Shown: positions 34,504 to 48,029 of the stretch, one piece after another
Numbering within the stretch: position 1 is the first letter of the stretch
Layout of the letters: each line of letters begins with the position of its first letter
DNA from: Chrysomallon squamiferum
Taxonomy: Eukaryota; Animalia; Mollusca
DNA length: 64,000 nucleotides
NCBI GenBank assembly: GCA_012295275.1
Contig: CM022665.1
Location: 6,262,001-6,326,000, forward strand
Direction of reading: 5' to 3'
The notes under the pieces: model-generated
What the model was told of the DNA's origin: nothing
The model's input: the letters and a program-made list of their open reading frames with translations, nothing else
Database searches by the model: none
Made by a program: the position numbers and the translations under genes

Positions 34504-35005
34504 TAATAATAATAACAATAATAATAACAATATTAATAATAATAACAATATTAATAATAACAATAATAATAATAACAACAATAATAACAATAATAATAAT
34601 TAAAAAAAAATAATAACAATAATAATAATAATAACAATAATAACAATAATAATAATGTCTGTAAATGAACGCTATTTTCTGAAGAGCCGGTCACGATAAA
34701 TATGAAAAATATCACGGCCATTGTTGTGTTCTAAATCAATACTTTCTTCTTTTGTTCCTGCATTGTCCGTAAGACACAATGCCCAGGAGTTGTGCCTAAT
34801 GAGCATTTACTGCCTGGCTTTCTGGGCAGAGAAAAATTTGCAATTTGATTTTAATTTGAATAGAATTCCTCGGGGTGTGGTGGCCTTTGATATGATGGCA
34901 AGAAATGTCTCTTCTTTCATATTAACTTGTTTATCATTTCCAGCGCTACCGTGTCGCATGCACTGAACTTGTTGTGGGTTTAAGGAATACCAGCACGCAA
35001 TCATA

Positions 35006-35105
<100 letters not shown>

Positions 35106-37140
35106 AAACTCAGAAAGGTCTGGGATCGTTTAACCGGAGGGAAAAAAAAAAAAAAAAAAAAAAAAAAAGATTGAACGGAATTCTACAAACTCTAGAACAT
35201 CATATTAATGTGGAGCAATTTTCATCGCAGTTTACATCAAAACAGGCACACGCGTGAATAATTAATTATACGGATAACTTCATATTCAGTAACAAAATAA
35301 ACACAACTGAAACGTATTTTGTTCGAATTCGGGGGGGGGGAGGGGAAAAAGATTATCTAAAATTGAATTAGTTTAAATAATAATCACTGTGTCCCTGTCG
35401 GTTGCTCGCATTATTGACTTCAGTCTCAGCCAGAAAAAAATCTCAGAAAAGAATAAATTTCAAGCTCACAGCCAAGAAGTCGACAGTCTTGACAGTCTGA
35501 TTATATTATAAACAATTATACGTTTTACTGGCATTTGTCGTGGATGTTTTCCCCAGATCTTTCAAAGGAAAAGGAATTCGTGTTTAACCTGATCAATATC
35601 TGTAGACGCAGTTCAGTTTTACGTTCTATATTTAATAGAGTTCCTCTACATTTCAAAAATTAATTTTTAATTTATCTGTTTAAGAAATAATTTATCTCAG
35701 AAAAAGAAAAAAAAAAAAAAAAAAACCATTGAAAAGATAAAGAGTCAGTGTATGGGGTATACAGATAGGTAAGCAAGTAAATAGTGTGTAAGTAGACATT
35801 TAGCTAATTGTCAATGGATTAAAGATGGATTAATGGAAAGACAGATGGGCATATACGAATACAAATAGGTAATTCAGTTAGTTTCAGGAGAAGAGTTATA
35901 AATATATTTGTATAGATGTTTCTCTGTGTGAATGTATACTTGTGCGTGGGTGTGTATGGGGGGTGCACATGGGTGTGTGTACACGTGTGTGTGTGTGTGT
36001 GCAGTATGTATTGTGTATTGGTCTATATAAACATGTTTGTATATAATGTGAGTAGTGGTGAATGTGTTGTTGTGTGTACGTTTGTACGTGAACGTGTAAA
36101 GTGTTTTGCTCTTTTAAATATTGATACTGTCGCTATTCACAGCTTTCCCACGTGAAAACAAACCAGCACGTGATGTAAACGCAACAATAGCTGAAGATTA
36201 CATCTGGCTTGAAAATAAGACGATTAAAAACGATTAGCTGGATAAAAGTACATTTTATGATCAGAATATTAATATTCGAGGAAAACAAATAGAACATTAT
36301 TTACATTAAAAGCTTTGGGGATTTTTAACACTGTTTATATATATATATATATCATATAACTAAAAAAAAAAAGAAGAAGAAGAAGAAAAGGTAAGTACAA
36401 CATGTTACGAGGCTCTCTCTCTCTACAAGAACATAAATGTTGACTTTTCATCTCGTATATATATTAAAATAATATTTCTTATGGTTTTAAAATCTAAAAA
36501 GTAAATACGGATAAACGTATATTTAAACAGGACATGACACGTGGTGCTCGTTGCTATAACAACACATGTTTGGAACTGTTTCCATGGTTAAGACAAGCGA
36601 AATGGTCGGAATCTTGATACGGATTTTATAACTGGTGAGTGCAGACACTTCGCCCTCTCTTCTTTGCATTTAACCGTGCTACTATTTCCGTCGTTCTTCT
36701 GAAGACGTAACCAAACTGCCTGACGTCAGTGCAAACCAAACGTAACCACGTTTCAAACAGTGGGGGTGGGGGAGATATCACTGCTCTTTACTCCGCTAAA
36801 CACTTGTCATCATGTAGAGATTTTTTTTTTTTTTTTTTTTTAATTTCTACTTTCATTTCTGTTTTGCTGATTATAACGAGTTCCCAAAATATTGTCACAG
36901 GCTGATTTTGTCTTCCAAATGCTAACAGAATAAGCCAGTGCAGATAAGTGGGGAAAAAAAAAAAAAATAAAATAAAATAAAATAAAATAAAATAAAATAA
37001 AATAACTGAGAGATTTGGTAGAAACTGGTTTCTTATTTGTCCTAATACAAAATTCTTTATTTGTACGAAATCGATGATTTAGTGCTTCAAGTAGTTGAAA
37101 AACCAGAATAATGGACAATGGACAATGGATTACAGGACAT

Positions 37141-37219
<79 letters not shown>

Positions 37220-39373
37220 AATAAAAAAATCACGAAGAATAATGCAGTATTAAAAATAAGTGAAAATATTTTATTTACTGATAAAATGTTTACTGGATAA
37301 GTCAACACCAGAACGTGAAAATTTAAAGTAGCATTTAGACAAGATGAACAAATTGGGTCATGAATGCTGAAAGATCAAAAGAGTTTTAGATCATCAACAG
37401 TATTTTTAGTGTAGACTCTCGAGATAGCAGTTTTCAAAAGAAGAGACATCATTATCTCTAATGAGAAGTCACTGACATGTTACAAGCTACTCGCTATGTA
37501 GATCGTTTTGATTAAAAACTGCAGTTCCAATAACTGCGGTAACTTCGACGACAATGCTATGATTACGATGATCATAATAATGACTGAAAATGATCGATGA
37601 AGTCCACGATGATGATGATGATGAAGAATTCTTTGGATTAAACTAATAGTGAATCATATTAACTTAAATATTTCCCAGTTTCAAAGATATCGCTTTGATA
37701 ACCAGTGATTGTTTAACTAAACGTCAGCAGTAAGTGAAAATCAAAGTGAAAAACCAGAGAAAATTACTGAAGCAGATAAAATGTGCTTGACTAAATGATA
37801 CATTTACGGTACAGAGAAATGAGTACAAATATTTTTTATTAGATTTTGGACATCTGAAAAGTATTCAAATGATCTGAAGTTCCATTTTTTTATCGTCAAA
37901 CGTTCTGGCACATAAAAGCGGTGATATCATTTTAAAAGATTTATATGTGTTTGGGCAAACATCTGCTTCAGTGTTTGTGTGTGTGTGTGTGCGTGTGTGT
38001 TTGTGTATGTGTGTGTGTTTGTGTGTATGTGTGTGTGTTTGTGTGTGTGTGGGTGTGAGTGCGCGCGCGCGCACGGACGTTTCTGCGTGAGTGTGCTCTA
38101 TCAAACGCTGTAATATCCGATGATGTAATTTAATACGATGCAAATGCTTGTAAATATGTTTGTTAACAAAACAAACGTAATGCAGGAGAATGGATAGCAC
38201 GACATCTGGTAAAACGCGTGGTAATCAACAAATCAGATAAACACAAACTCTTTGGATATACGTAATAATGTATTAGAGTCGAGGACTCAGGAGACCAAAA
38301 TGCCTCATTTATTTCAAATTAACATGTAATCGTTTGTCTTTGTATCACTGATATTAGTTATTTTCACTTGCATGTGCCCGTAACATCATTCTTCTAGCAT
38401 ACGCATTCCCCCAACATTTTTAATCTACAATTATATGAGGTTATCTGTACTGTAACTGCAACTCTAAAATACATTTAAATTTCTTTAAAATTCCTTTTTT
38501 CACCAGTCGTCATGGGAACCAGTCTGTGACAGAATATTTTACACATGTCACCAGATATTGGTTACATAGTGAGATGATAGGCAAAATTATCAATAATAGT
38601 ATCAGCAGGTGTTTTATCTAACGTTCATAACTTTCGTCGATTCAGCAACGCCAGTGACGTTTGCCCAATAAAGCATCTTTATGTATGTGTGTATGTATGT
38701 ATGTATGTATGTGTGTATGTATGTGTATATGTGTGTATATATATATATATACACACATACATACACACACACACACATACATAAGCGTTAGTAGATATAT
38801 ATATATATATATACATATATAAACTAACGCTGTTCTTGAAATTAAAATGGTATTGTTCCCGCGATATAGTTTTACTGATGTCGTTTTCTGTTACATAAAC
38901 TGTGACGTTGTCCTCTTGGTTCAGCAACATTAGCATCTGCAACAGCAAAACTCAATGTATTTTCCAAGAACAGCAACGTTAGCATCGTCCTTATGGAACA
39001 GCAGTGTCGGCGTTTTCTTGATTGGCTTTGTCGTAGTGGTGCAGCCATCACTTCTGTCGTCGACTTGGTCCAGGAAAACCGGTGTCCTCCATTTGTTACG
39101 TTCCTCAGTGGTCTACACGCCAAACAGTTCAATCGCGTACTGGTTACGGTCGTAGGTAACACGTCGGTCCTTAACGTGCGTAGGAAGCAGAGCGATATTC
39201 GTGTCTCCAGGGCGATGAGTTAATTCAATCGCCGTACAATGAAAATATGAACAGTTATTTGGTGATGTCTTAATTCATAAGAGATTTCGTGATTAAATGA
39301 CAGAAAATGAGTGTCTGTTTGTTCGCGTGGCAGCACGACATTTCCTCTCTCGTTCGGTAACAGCGCGACTTAC

Positions 39374-39402
39374 TGACTCTGTAGTCGCACGTTGGAATTG
39401 TT
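39374..39402 (-). CDS. Candidate Syt N-terminal micro-exon, 29 nt (-TIPTCDYRV-)
   Basis: Acceptor atattcag and strong donor A|gtaagt. Ends in phase 1, as the TM exon requires. Confidence 0.4.
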
Positions 39403-39986
39403 CTGAATATATTGTCAAATAAAAGATTGCTTCCTTTCTCCGCAGATTTCAAGCGTACATAGCAAGAGCTTGGTGGTGATAAGTGTCTGCTCAAATACAA
39501 TACGTTTCACAAACAAAACGTTTTACGATACGTTATATACTACAGACAAGGGCTTGGCTGGGGATGGCAGGATCAGTCCTCAAAACGGGTTTTAGTCCGT
39601 TCCAGACAATGCTCGGTTAGTTTGTCAAAGACAGGTTCTGAACGTTACTGTCTTTGGGAAGGTTTCTTGCTCAAAACTGTTGAACGTAGTCCACGTCATT
39701 ATGTAGAATTTCTAGGTGTTTTTTTTTTTTTTTTTTTTTTTTTCTTTATATAAAACTGCACATATTGAACGTTTTATTAAAATATTTTATAAGTTTTAAT
39801 CGATAGCCATTAACACGTAGTGTTAGCCAAACAAAATATATTGTTAATGTTAATATACGAATAGTAATAACATAATACGTAAATTACTGAAGTATAACAG
39901 CAATAGAAGTCAAAACAAAATAAACTCCATAAACAATAATAACTCTTCAGCGATATGAATATTAGTAGCTATAGTCTAAAGAGTGG

Positions 39987-40086
<100 letters not shown>

Positions 40087-41148
40087 CAGACAGACAGACA
40101 GACGTTGAATACTGAAGTTGAATACTGAAGGGTTATTATGAAAAGAAGAGGTTACAGTAACATAAATGAAACTGGAATAGCAGAGTACTGGTAGCAGTGT
40201 GGTATCATTACTTCAGTTCGTATGACAGCACTAACAGTGATATGATAATAACAGAATGGTAATAGCTTTAGTAATAGCAGTAGTGGTAGTTCTCTCGTAG
40301 TACTAGCAGAAGTTAAAGTAGTAATATGAATACTAGTGTACAATATTATAGATTTATATTTATTATTGTTCTTAATTATTACTGTTTATAGTTCTCCTAT
40401 ATTTTTTCCTTTCCATGTTTTAAAAACAAATTTCAGTTTTTGTTTTCATTCTTTCTTTCTTTTTTCTTTCCTTTTTCCTATTTTTCTTTATCTTTCTTTT
40501 TTTTTTTTTTTCCTTTATTTATAACTTCTTTATTTTCACTACTATTTTTCTTTGTTTCGTCTATTTTTTTTTTTTTTTTTTTTTTTCTTTTGAAACAGAG
40601 CAATATTATACACGAAATATCATTTTGAATTCCTAAGTCGACAATAAACTATTTCTGAAACGAACCTAACCGCATTGATAATATAGCTATCGCTTGCAGA
40701 ATTATTGGTCTCTTTAGAATAGTGTTTCGAGTCCATGACAAATTTATGACGGAATTTTATAATTCAATTCTGATTTCTCCGTGTTACATTTTTTATGTTA
40801 TTTCAATAAATATCGCCTTTCGTAATGTGCTGACTCTATAACTACATTTATTAATAAACTTTAGAGTGTGGACGATGTAATAAATCTGATTTAATTTGTA
40901 AAACAAATTTATTGCAGGCTTAATGTTAAATTATTGCAGTGTAATGTAGAAAGGGAAAAGTGTGAGACACATCCATTTAGAGGCACAGAAAGACTTAAGT
41001 CTACAGCACACATATACACCTAAAAATTAACACAGACAACAAAAATATATATGCTTGCAATATAAAGAGAGAGAGAGCGGGTAGAAGGTGTGAGAGACAA
41101 AAAAAGAAACGGACAGAGAGAGAGCCAGAAAGAAAAAGAGAAAGAGCG

Positions 41149-41237
<89 letters not shown>

Positions 41238-41390
41238 AATATTTTCCAAAGTGGCCTTATCGTTACACTATCTCTTCAGCTTCAGTAACAGTCGCGACAG
41301 ATTCAAAAACGACGTGAGAACATCATTAAATATTGATAGCAAATAATTTCAAGGCTAATGATAAAGTAAACAGCTAGTCGTTAAATGCAC

Positions 41391-41655
41391 GGGCGGCTTG
41401 TCGCCCAGTGATGAGGCTGGTGTTATTGTTTTGGATCATCGCTCGTTTGGCTCTGCTCTTTCTTGGACTTGTCTCGCAAAGATCGTGGTATATGTTTTAT
41501 TTCTGTTGTAATGTGCGTATAAAAGATCGCTAATCGATATGAATAGCTCACGTTGTGGAGTGTGCTTTCAGCTGTTAATTTATTGCTGACACTGTCTAAC
41601 AGCCGCTAACATCAAAATGTATTGAAGTACGATTAAACAAGATCCAGCCATCCAT
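41391..41655 (+). mobile_element. Near full-length degenerate SINE-like repeat
   Basis: tRNA-like head gggcggcttgtcgcccagtg, core aaagatcgtggtatatg...gtataaaagatcgctaatcga, and tail aaatgtattgaagtacgattaaacaa plus (ccat)n. Confidence 0.55.
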
Positions 41656-42431
41656 CATAAATGTCGTGTTTTTAACTACACAACAGTTCTAGATAATGTG
41701 ATACAATAGTTACTACGTTTCCAATATATTTATTAAAAAAAAAATAATAATAATAATAATAATAATAAATAATAATAATAATAATAAGGTAAAGTAACGT
41801 AAAATAAAATAAAATAATAAAAATATAAATATTTCTAAAATAAAATAAAACTATGTAAGAGATTTTCAGTTTTTCTTTGTCAAAACATTTCTTAAAGCGT
41901 GATGACTTTTTTTATTTATTGTTTTTATTTATTTATTTATTTTTTTAATCACATGAATTTATTTTGTCTGAATAAATTATAGAAATTCATGTTTTTATGA
42001 TGAATTAGGTCATTCCATAAAATAAATAAATAAATAAATTAATTAATTAAAATTAAATAAAACAAACGTACAATATTATTTTGATTGCAGCATGTCTGTA
42101 AACAACAATAATTCAAACACATCCAGATACATTTATAACTTTAAAATAATTAAATTACTATTCATAATTAAAATAGTCTTTAAAGGAATTATCTGAAGAA
42201 ATAATAAGAATGAGGAATAATTATTTTGTTTTTAAATTAATTATTTTCTCTAGTTGCTCTGGTAAAAAGTTGAGTCTCTGGGTTTGTTTTTTGTTTTGTT
42301 TTTCGAAACAAAGATTTTTAGATATTTTAAATATTAAAACTTTATCTGAAATAAAAGGGGTACCGTTTGTTAATATAGATTCCTTACTATCAAGACAGTT
42401 ACACTTTAAATTAATTATCAGTGAAAATCAG

Positions 42432-42490
<59 letters not shown>

Positions 42491-43631
42491 TCAACAACAA
42501 CAACAAAATATTGTATTATAACAAATTCTTCAAAACTCAAAAAAAATCACTTAAAATAAATATAAATCAAAATAAAAACATTATCAATTTTATATATATA
42601 AAAACCCAGCATCTATACCAGTGAAATACCAACATGAATAATTAATTACATTCTTCCCTGTAACACATTTATCAGTGAAAGTCAAAATATTATAAATTAA
42701 ATATAAAACTCAAAACAAATTTAAAAAGTTCAATGAATTGTTAATATACGACATTTTAAAAAATTGATTTAATATTTTAATAATTAATACGATGTTTTCT
42801 TAAAAGAAAAATAACAGCGTTAATAATATTAACTGCATTATCATTATCTCGCTAAAATAAGAACAAAATATTTTAAATCAGTTAAAAATTTACACCACAA
42901 AACTCTAAAATTTTATTGTTGTAATTAACTTTAAAAAAAAAAAACTTGTCATAAAAGTATGTATTTAAGCAGAAGAAAATAAACTTTTGTCGGAAATTAG
43001 ATAAAGAAAGCTATAAAACAAAATTGGAAAATTACGTATCTGCGTGTGTATGTGTGTGTGTCTATAAAATTCATATTTAATTCTTTAATAGGAATCATAT
43101 ATGTAAATCAAGATAACAATTATTTAAAAATGAAACTGCAACGTTTTTTTCCATTTACGGAACAAAAATGACTCGTTAGTTTTCTTTACCTGCATCGAAA
43201 TGGAAGTTTGGCATACATTCTTTTACCCGTGAATCTGTTATTTTGTAATTTCCATTTTCGAAACATATTCATGCATATTTAAAATATACTGATACGCAAC
43301 TGCTTTTTCTGTACAAAACACAAAATTAAGAAAATAAAAAATAAACTGACAAAAATTCAACACAAGACAATTTCACAATGCAAATAGAAATGAGAAAACA
43401 AAAAGAAAAGAAACATAATTTTACCTGATACTGTCATATTCCAAAGATATAAATTCCCACAGTTTTATGAGAAACACATTATTTAGTTATCTTTGTGTTG
43501 CAAAAATGAAGTCCTTGTCAGCGAAAACAGAATTAGATTCTCCGATGTAATTTCCGATATGACTTTTAAAAAAAAAAAATAATAATAATAAAAAAATAAA
43601 AAAATAAAAATATACCTTCCACTGCAGAATA

Positions 43632-43664
<33 letters not shown>

Positions 43665-43958
43665 AAAAAAATAAAATTAAAAAAAATAATAATAAGCACT
43701 GGTGCGTGTTAAACAGAAAATATTTTGCCTGGTCGATTTGGCGCTAACCGTTACGGGAAATTGGTGTTTTGCGGCAAGAAGCACCTGGTAAAAATAATAT
43801 TTCACTCGCCAGTCAGTTAACAGAAGGTTTGATGCAGCAGCACCTTTCGCGGCGCATAATGGTCTGTAGAATGAATGTCGCAGAAGGAGATGACAATTCC
43901 TAGCGAGACAGTGCGGTATCGATCGCGAAGACACCCACACTGTGACGAAATGACGTAC

Positions 43959-43981
43959 TTCATTACCGGTGTGCCGTTCAT
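43959..43981 (-). CDS. Candidate Syt start-codon micro-exon (MNGTPVM-K); exon spans 43959-43983
   Basis: Very strong acceptor tgttattttcttttcag|AAATG; donor AA|gtacgt (phase 2) joins the 29-nt exon and gives an N-glycosylation sequon NGT. Competing donors exist. Confidence 0.35.
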
Positions 43982-44819
43982 TTCTGAAAAGAAAATAACA
44001 CGAAAAATACTTCTGCCATATCTAACTCATCATCATTATTTGTTGTTATTGGTGTAGTTCCCTCGTGATTATTTCCCCATGTTGTTGTGGGTGTTGTTGG
44101 GTTTTTTTGGTGTTTTTTTTTTGTTTTTGTTGTTGTAGTAGTAGTAGTTGTTGTTTTTTTCTTTCTCCCCTTTTGCGTTTTGCAGCATCTAGTGAACCAC
44201 GTAGGCCCTTAAATGTCGAGAACTGAAGTTGTAGATTAAACCACTGAACGTAATATTTTCAAACAAATTTCTTTGTTTTGTCTTTATTTCTTGTTTACTC
44301 GTGTTTTGACGTATGTTGACGAAACTTAATGCATTTATCCATATGGTACCGTTTAAGAATTATATCAGTTTAAGCTGTTCCTTGCAGACAAACCATTATT
44401 TGCGATTGGCTTAATCAGCATCACGTGACATTAACATCTACCTGTCAACATTGTGTTTATTTTATATAGCAACGTCTGTTGTTTGTTTTATGTCGTTTCT
44501 TTCTGCAGTTATTATTTTTCTTTTTGTTATCTTTTTTCTTTTATTGTCATTATTGATCACACTGACAATTAAACTGTAATAATGGTGATGTGATTTAATT
44601 TGTGTTACATAAAAAACCGTAGTTTGTAAAATGTTTAAAGTGTTTTCTTGTGGGTGGGGGTGGTACTGGTGCTGTTGACTTTTTATTGTTGTTGTTGGCT
44701 CATGTTTGTGGGGTTTTTTTGTTTTTGTTTTTTTTTGGTCTTATTGTTTTGCTTTGTTTTATTTTCTTGTGGGGTTTTGGAGGAAAGGGTTGTGTATGAA
44801 TAAATTCTGTGTTTGTGGG

Positions 44820-44864
<45 letters not shown>

Positions 44865-45140
44865 CGCTGCAATTGCTAAATATAATTTTTCCACGGAAAT
44901 TAAACCAGTGCATTATTTTATTAATGAAGTTTTCATTCGATTTTATTATTATTATTTTTTTGTTTTCATTTTTCTTTTGTGCATATACCAATTTAATTTA
45001 AAAACTACAGCTTAAGCAGTGGAGGTTCCAAAACGTCTTAAGGATATTAAAAGTCTAACATGTACTCTGAATGAATTTTTAAACATTCTGGTCATAATCA
45101 AATTTTAATACTGCGCAAGAAATGGTCGTGCATAGCTGCA

Positions 45141-45328
45141 GTGATCATACAATATAATAACTGATAGTGGTGGAAACCTGTAGTGATCATACAATATAAT
45201 AACTGATAGTGGTGGAAACCTGTAGTGATCATACAATATAATAACTGATGGTGGTGGAAACCTGTAGTGATCATACAATATAATAACTGATGGTGGTGGA
45301 AACCTGTAGTGATCATACAATATAATAA
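45141..45328. repeat. 42-bp minisatellite, ~4.5 copies (gtgatcatacaatataataactgatrgtggtggaaacctgta)
   Basis: Units start at 45141, 45183, 45225, 45267 and 45309; near-identical. Confidence 0.95.
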
Positions 45329-45554
45329 TTTAATGATTATTATATGCATTTCTAAATGCTGTTTTATTTTTATGATTATTATATACATTCCTAGATGTTG
45401 ATTTATTTTAATGATTATTATATACATTCCTAGATGTTGATTTATTTTAATGATTATTATATACATTCCTAGATGTTGATTTATTTTAATGATTATTATA
45501 TACATTCCTAGATGTTGATTTATTTTAATGATTATTATGCATATTCCTAGATGT
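45328..45554. repeat. 39-bp minisatellite, ~5.8 copies (ttttaatgattattatatacattcctagatgttgattta)
   Basis: Directly abuts the 42-bp array; internal copies are identical. Confidence 0.95.
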
Positions 45555-45603
45555 ACGTTTTTTAATACAATTCCTGTACACATTTGTACACATTGATTTA
45601 TTA

Positions 45604-45667
<64 letters not shown>

Positions 45668-47922
45668 TTATTGCTAATAATTATTAACATGACCCGCGGA
45701 ATGACAAGATCGTTAATAAGCGCAAAAGATGTAAATACGGATTTTCCGATTATTCGTATTTCAATTATTACAAAATACTTTAAATGAAAATAAAAATTAC
45801 TTCATACTTTTTCAAGCAGAAAATCTCTTCAGTGCTCTATATTAAATTATGATCGTTTATAATTCATAGGTTTCACTAAGGACTATTCTAAATCTAATGA
45901 AGTGACGTTAATGTCTTCATAAAAGGTGAAACATTTGTGAACAAGTGAATTTAATGTCTTTGTGACGTAATAAACCAATGACGTGATATCAATATCTGAA
46001 TATATATATATATATTGTGAATATAGAAAAGCCATGTCTTTTCTTTTGTCATGTCCTGATACCTACACGCACTTAAACACCTCCAATAGGTCTCACTACA
46101 CCTAAACGTCCAGGGCTTTTTTTTTGTTCATGATGGGCTTAACTCGACATCACCAATTGCTCCAATGTCTTGTCGCCTTTTTGATTATATGACCATCATT
46201 ATGTCTGTGTTATTTCAGAAAATAGCTGAAACAAAATGACAAATGACAAAAGTAAAAGTGTGATCGCTATTTAACCCACTTTTTCCGAAAAGCGTCTTCG
46301 GTCGATCTCTATTAATGTAATCCTCTCAAAGCTAGGTAATCGTTATTTTATATGCACACATACAAAAGATGTTTAGGCCATAAAATAATTGTCGAGTCTG
46401 ATGTACAAATAAGATTCAGTAGTTCAGAATAGACATCTTAATATATATATATAATTCAGGTGATTGTGGACTGTTTGTTTTTGCTTCAAAATTATCAGAT
46501 ATTTCTTAAATGTTTTTAAAAAATGATATAAAAGTACTAATATCTCATGTGGTATTTACATTATTTAATCATCATTATCTTCATAATCGTTAGTATTTCA
46601 CTGTTTATTTGTTATGATTTATTATCATCATCATTAATATCATCATTATCCTCTTCATCATGATCATCATCTTATTCATTATTATTATTATTATTATCAT
46701 TATTATTATTATTATTATCAATGACATATTAAAAGGAAAAACAAAGCTATTGACAGTACTTCAGCAACAATTCATTCCTGAAGGATAATTCGCTTTGTCT
46801 TCAGGTGCACTTGATGATAAATGTCTCTGCTTTCATTTATTTGATATCCAATGACGCACTCCACAAATGTAAACGTCATGTTTGCTTTCAGCTATTTTCA
46901 CAGAATGACATTGGACTTGAAGATATCCGTACAATAAATCATTCTCAGCGCTGACAGTATAAAGGTTTGAAATAAGCCCCGTATCTATCTACATTTAAAA
47001 TTTGTGTTGCTAGTTCTACGAAGAAAATTTTCTTGATTACTTTCGGAAGAATCGTTAATGACATTTTATAAAAAATTTAGTCAACTTGTAATACGAGGTT
47101 CTACATCAATTCTTATAAACACAAACAAGTAAACATACTAATCCAGCCTGGAATGATATTCATTTTATCGAAACGATGTGTAACAAAGATTTACTAAATC
47201 GTCTTTGTTTTGCTTTTAATTCTGACGCTACTAAATTAGTTCGTTTGTATATGTGGTATTGGAGTTAATTAGTTTAAACATCGAGAATACTTTTCAAACA
47301 ATCAGTTTTCTGTGCTAATATTTATCTAAACGGTAGAGTAAGTTCAAGATTCTAGCTACAACAATGGTTTTAAGTAAAGTCTAGATACCGCTTCAGAAAT
47401 ATTTAAGGTATTTTATTTACAATCTTTCACATCTTTCTGTTAATTCAGTTATAAACTATATTCTCTACTGCAAATGAAAAGGGTTTTGCCAGCATATTCA
47501 TCTAATGTACATTTTACTTTTTTTTTCTTCCTTCATATATTATGCATATGTCGTTGAAATCGATGGTAAAGAAGTTACATTTTTCGGTGCTGGAGTCTTT
47601 GTAAGTGCATCTTTAATAGTACATACTAATGGCTTAAATACATTCTTGTATATTTCCAGATGATTGTTTTATTTGTTTATAGAACCAGACTTGCTAATAA
47701 TAAAGAATGACATTAATACTGACTGTTGTCTTAGCGCCGCGGCTTAACGTCTTTGTATCAATAGCAGTGACGTCAGTTCATAGATCGCGAAGTAACTGTC
47801 TAAGTCAGAAAAATATTTAATTTTGGCCGAAATTTATGATTACAAAATAGTTCAGTCCTTTTGTCATTAAGCTTCGTGAATATCTTTATCTTTAACTTTA
47901 TATTATTATTTATTATTTATAA

Positions 47923-48029
<107 letters not shown>

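Noticed and set aside
45098-45583. 161-aa repetitive ORF
   Set aside because: It is a translation of two minisatellites whose unit lengths are multiples of 3; no splice context or domain.
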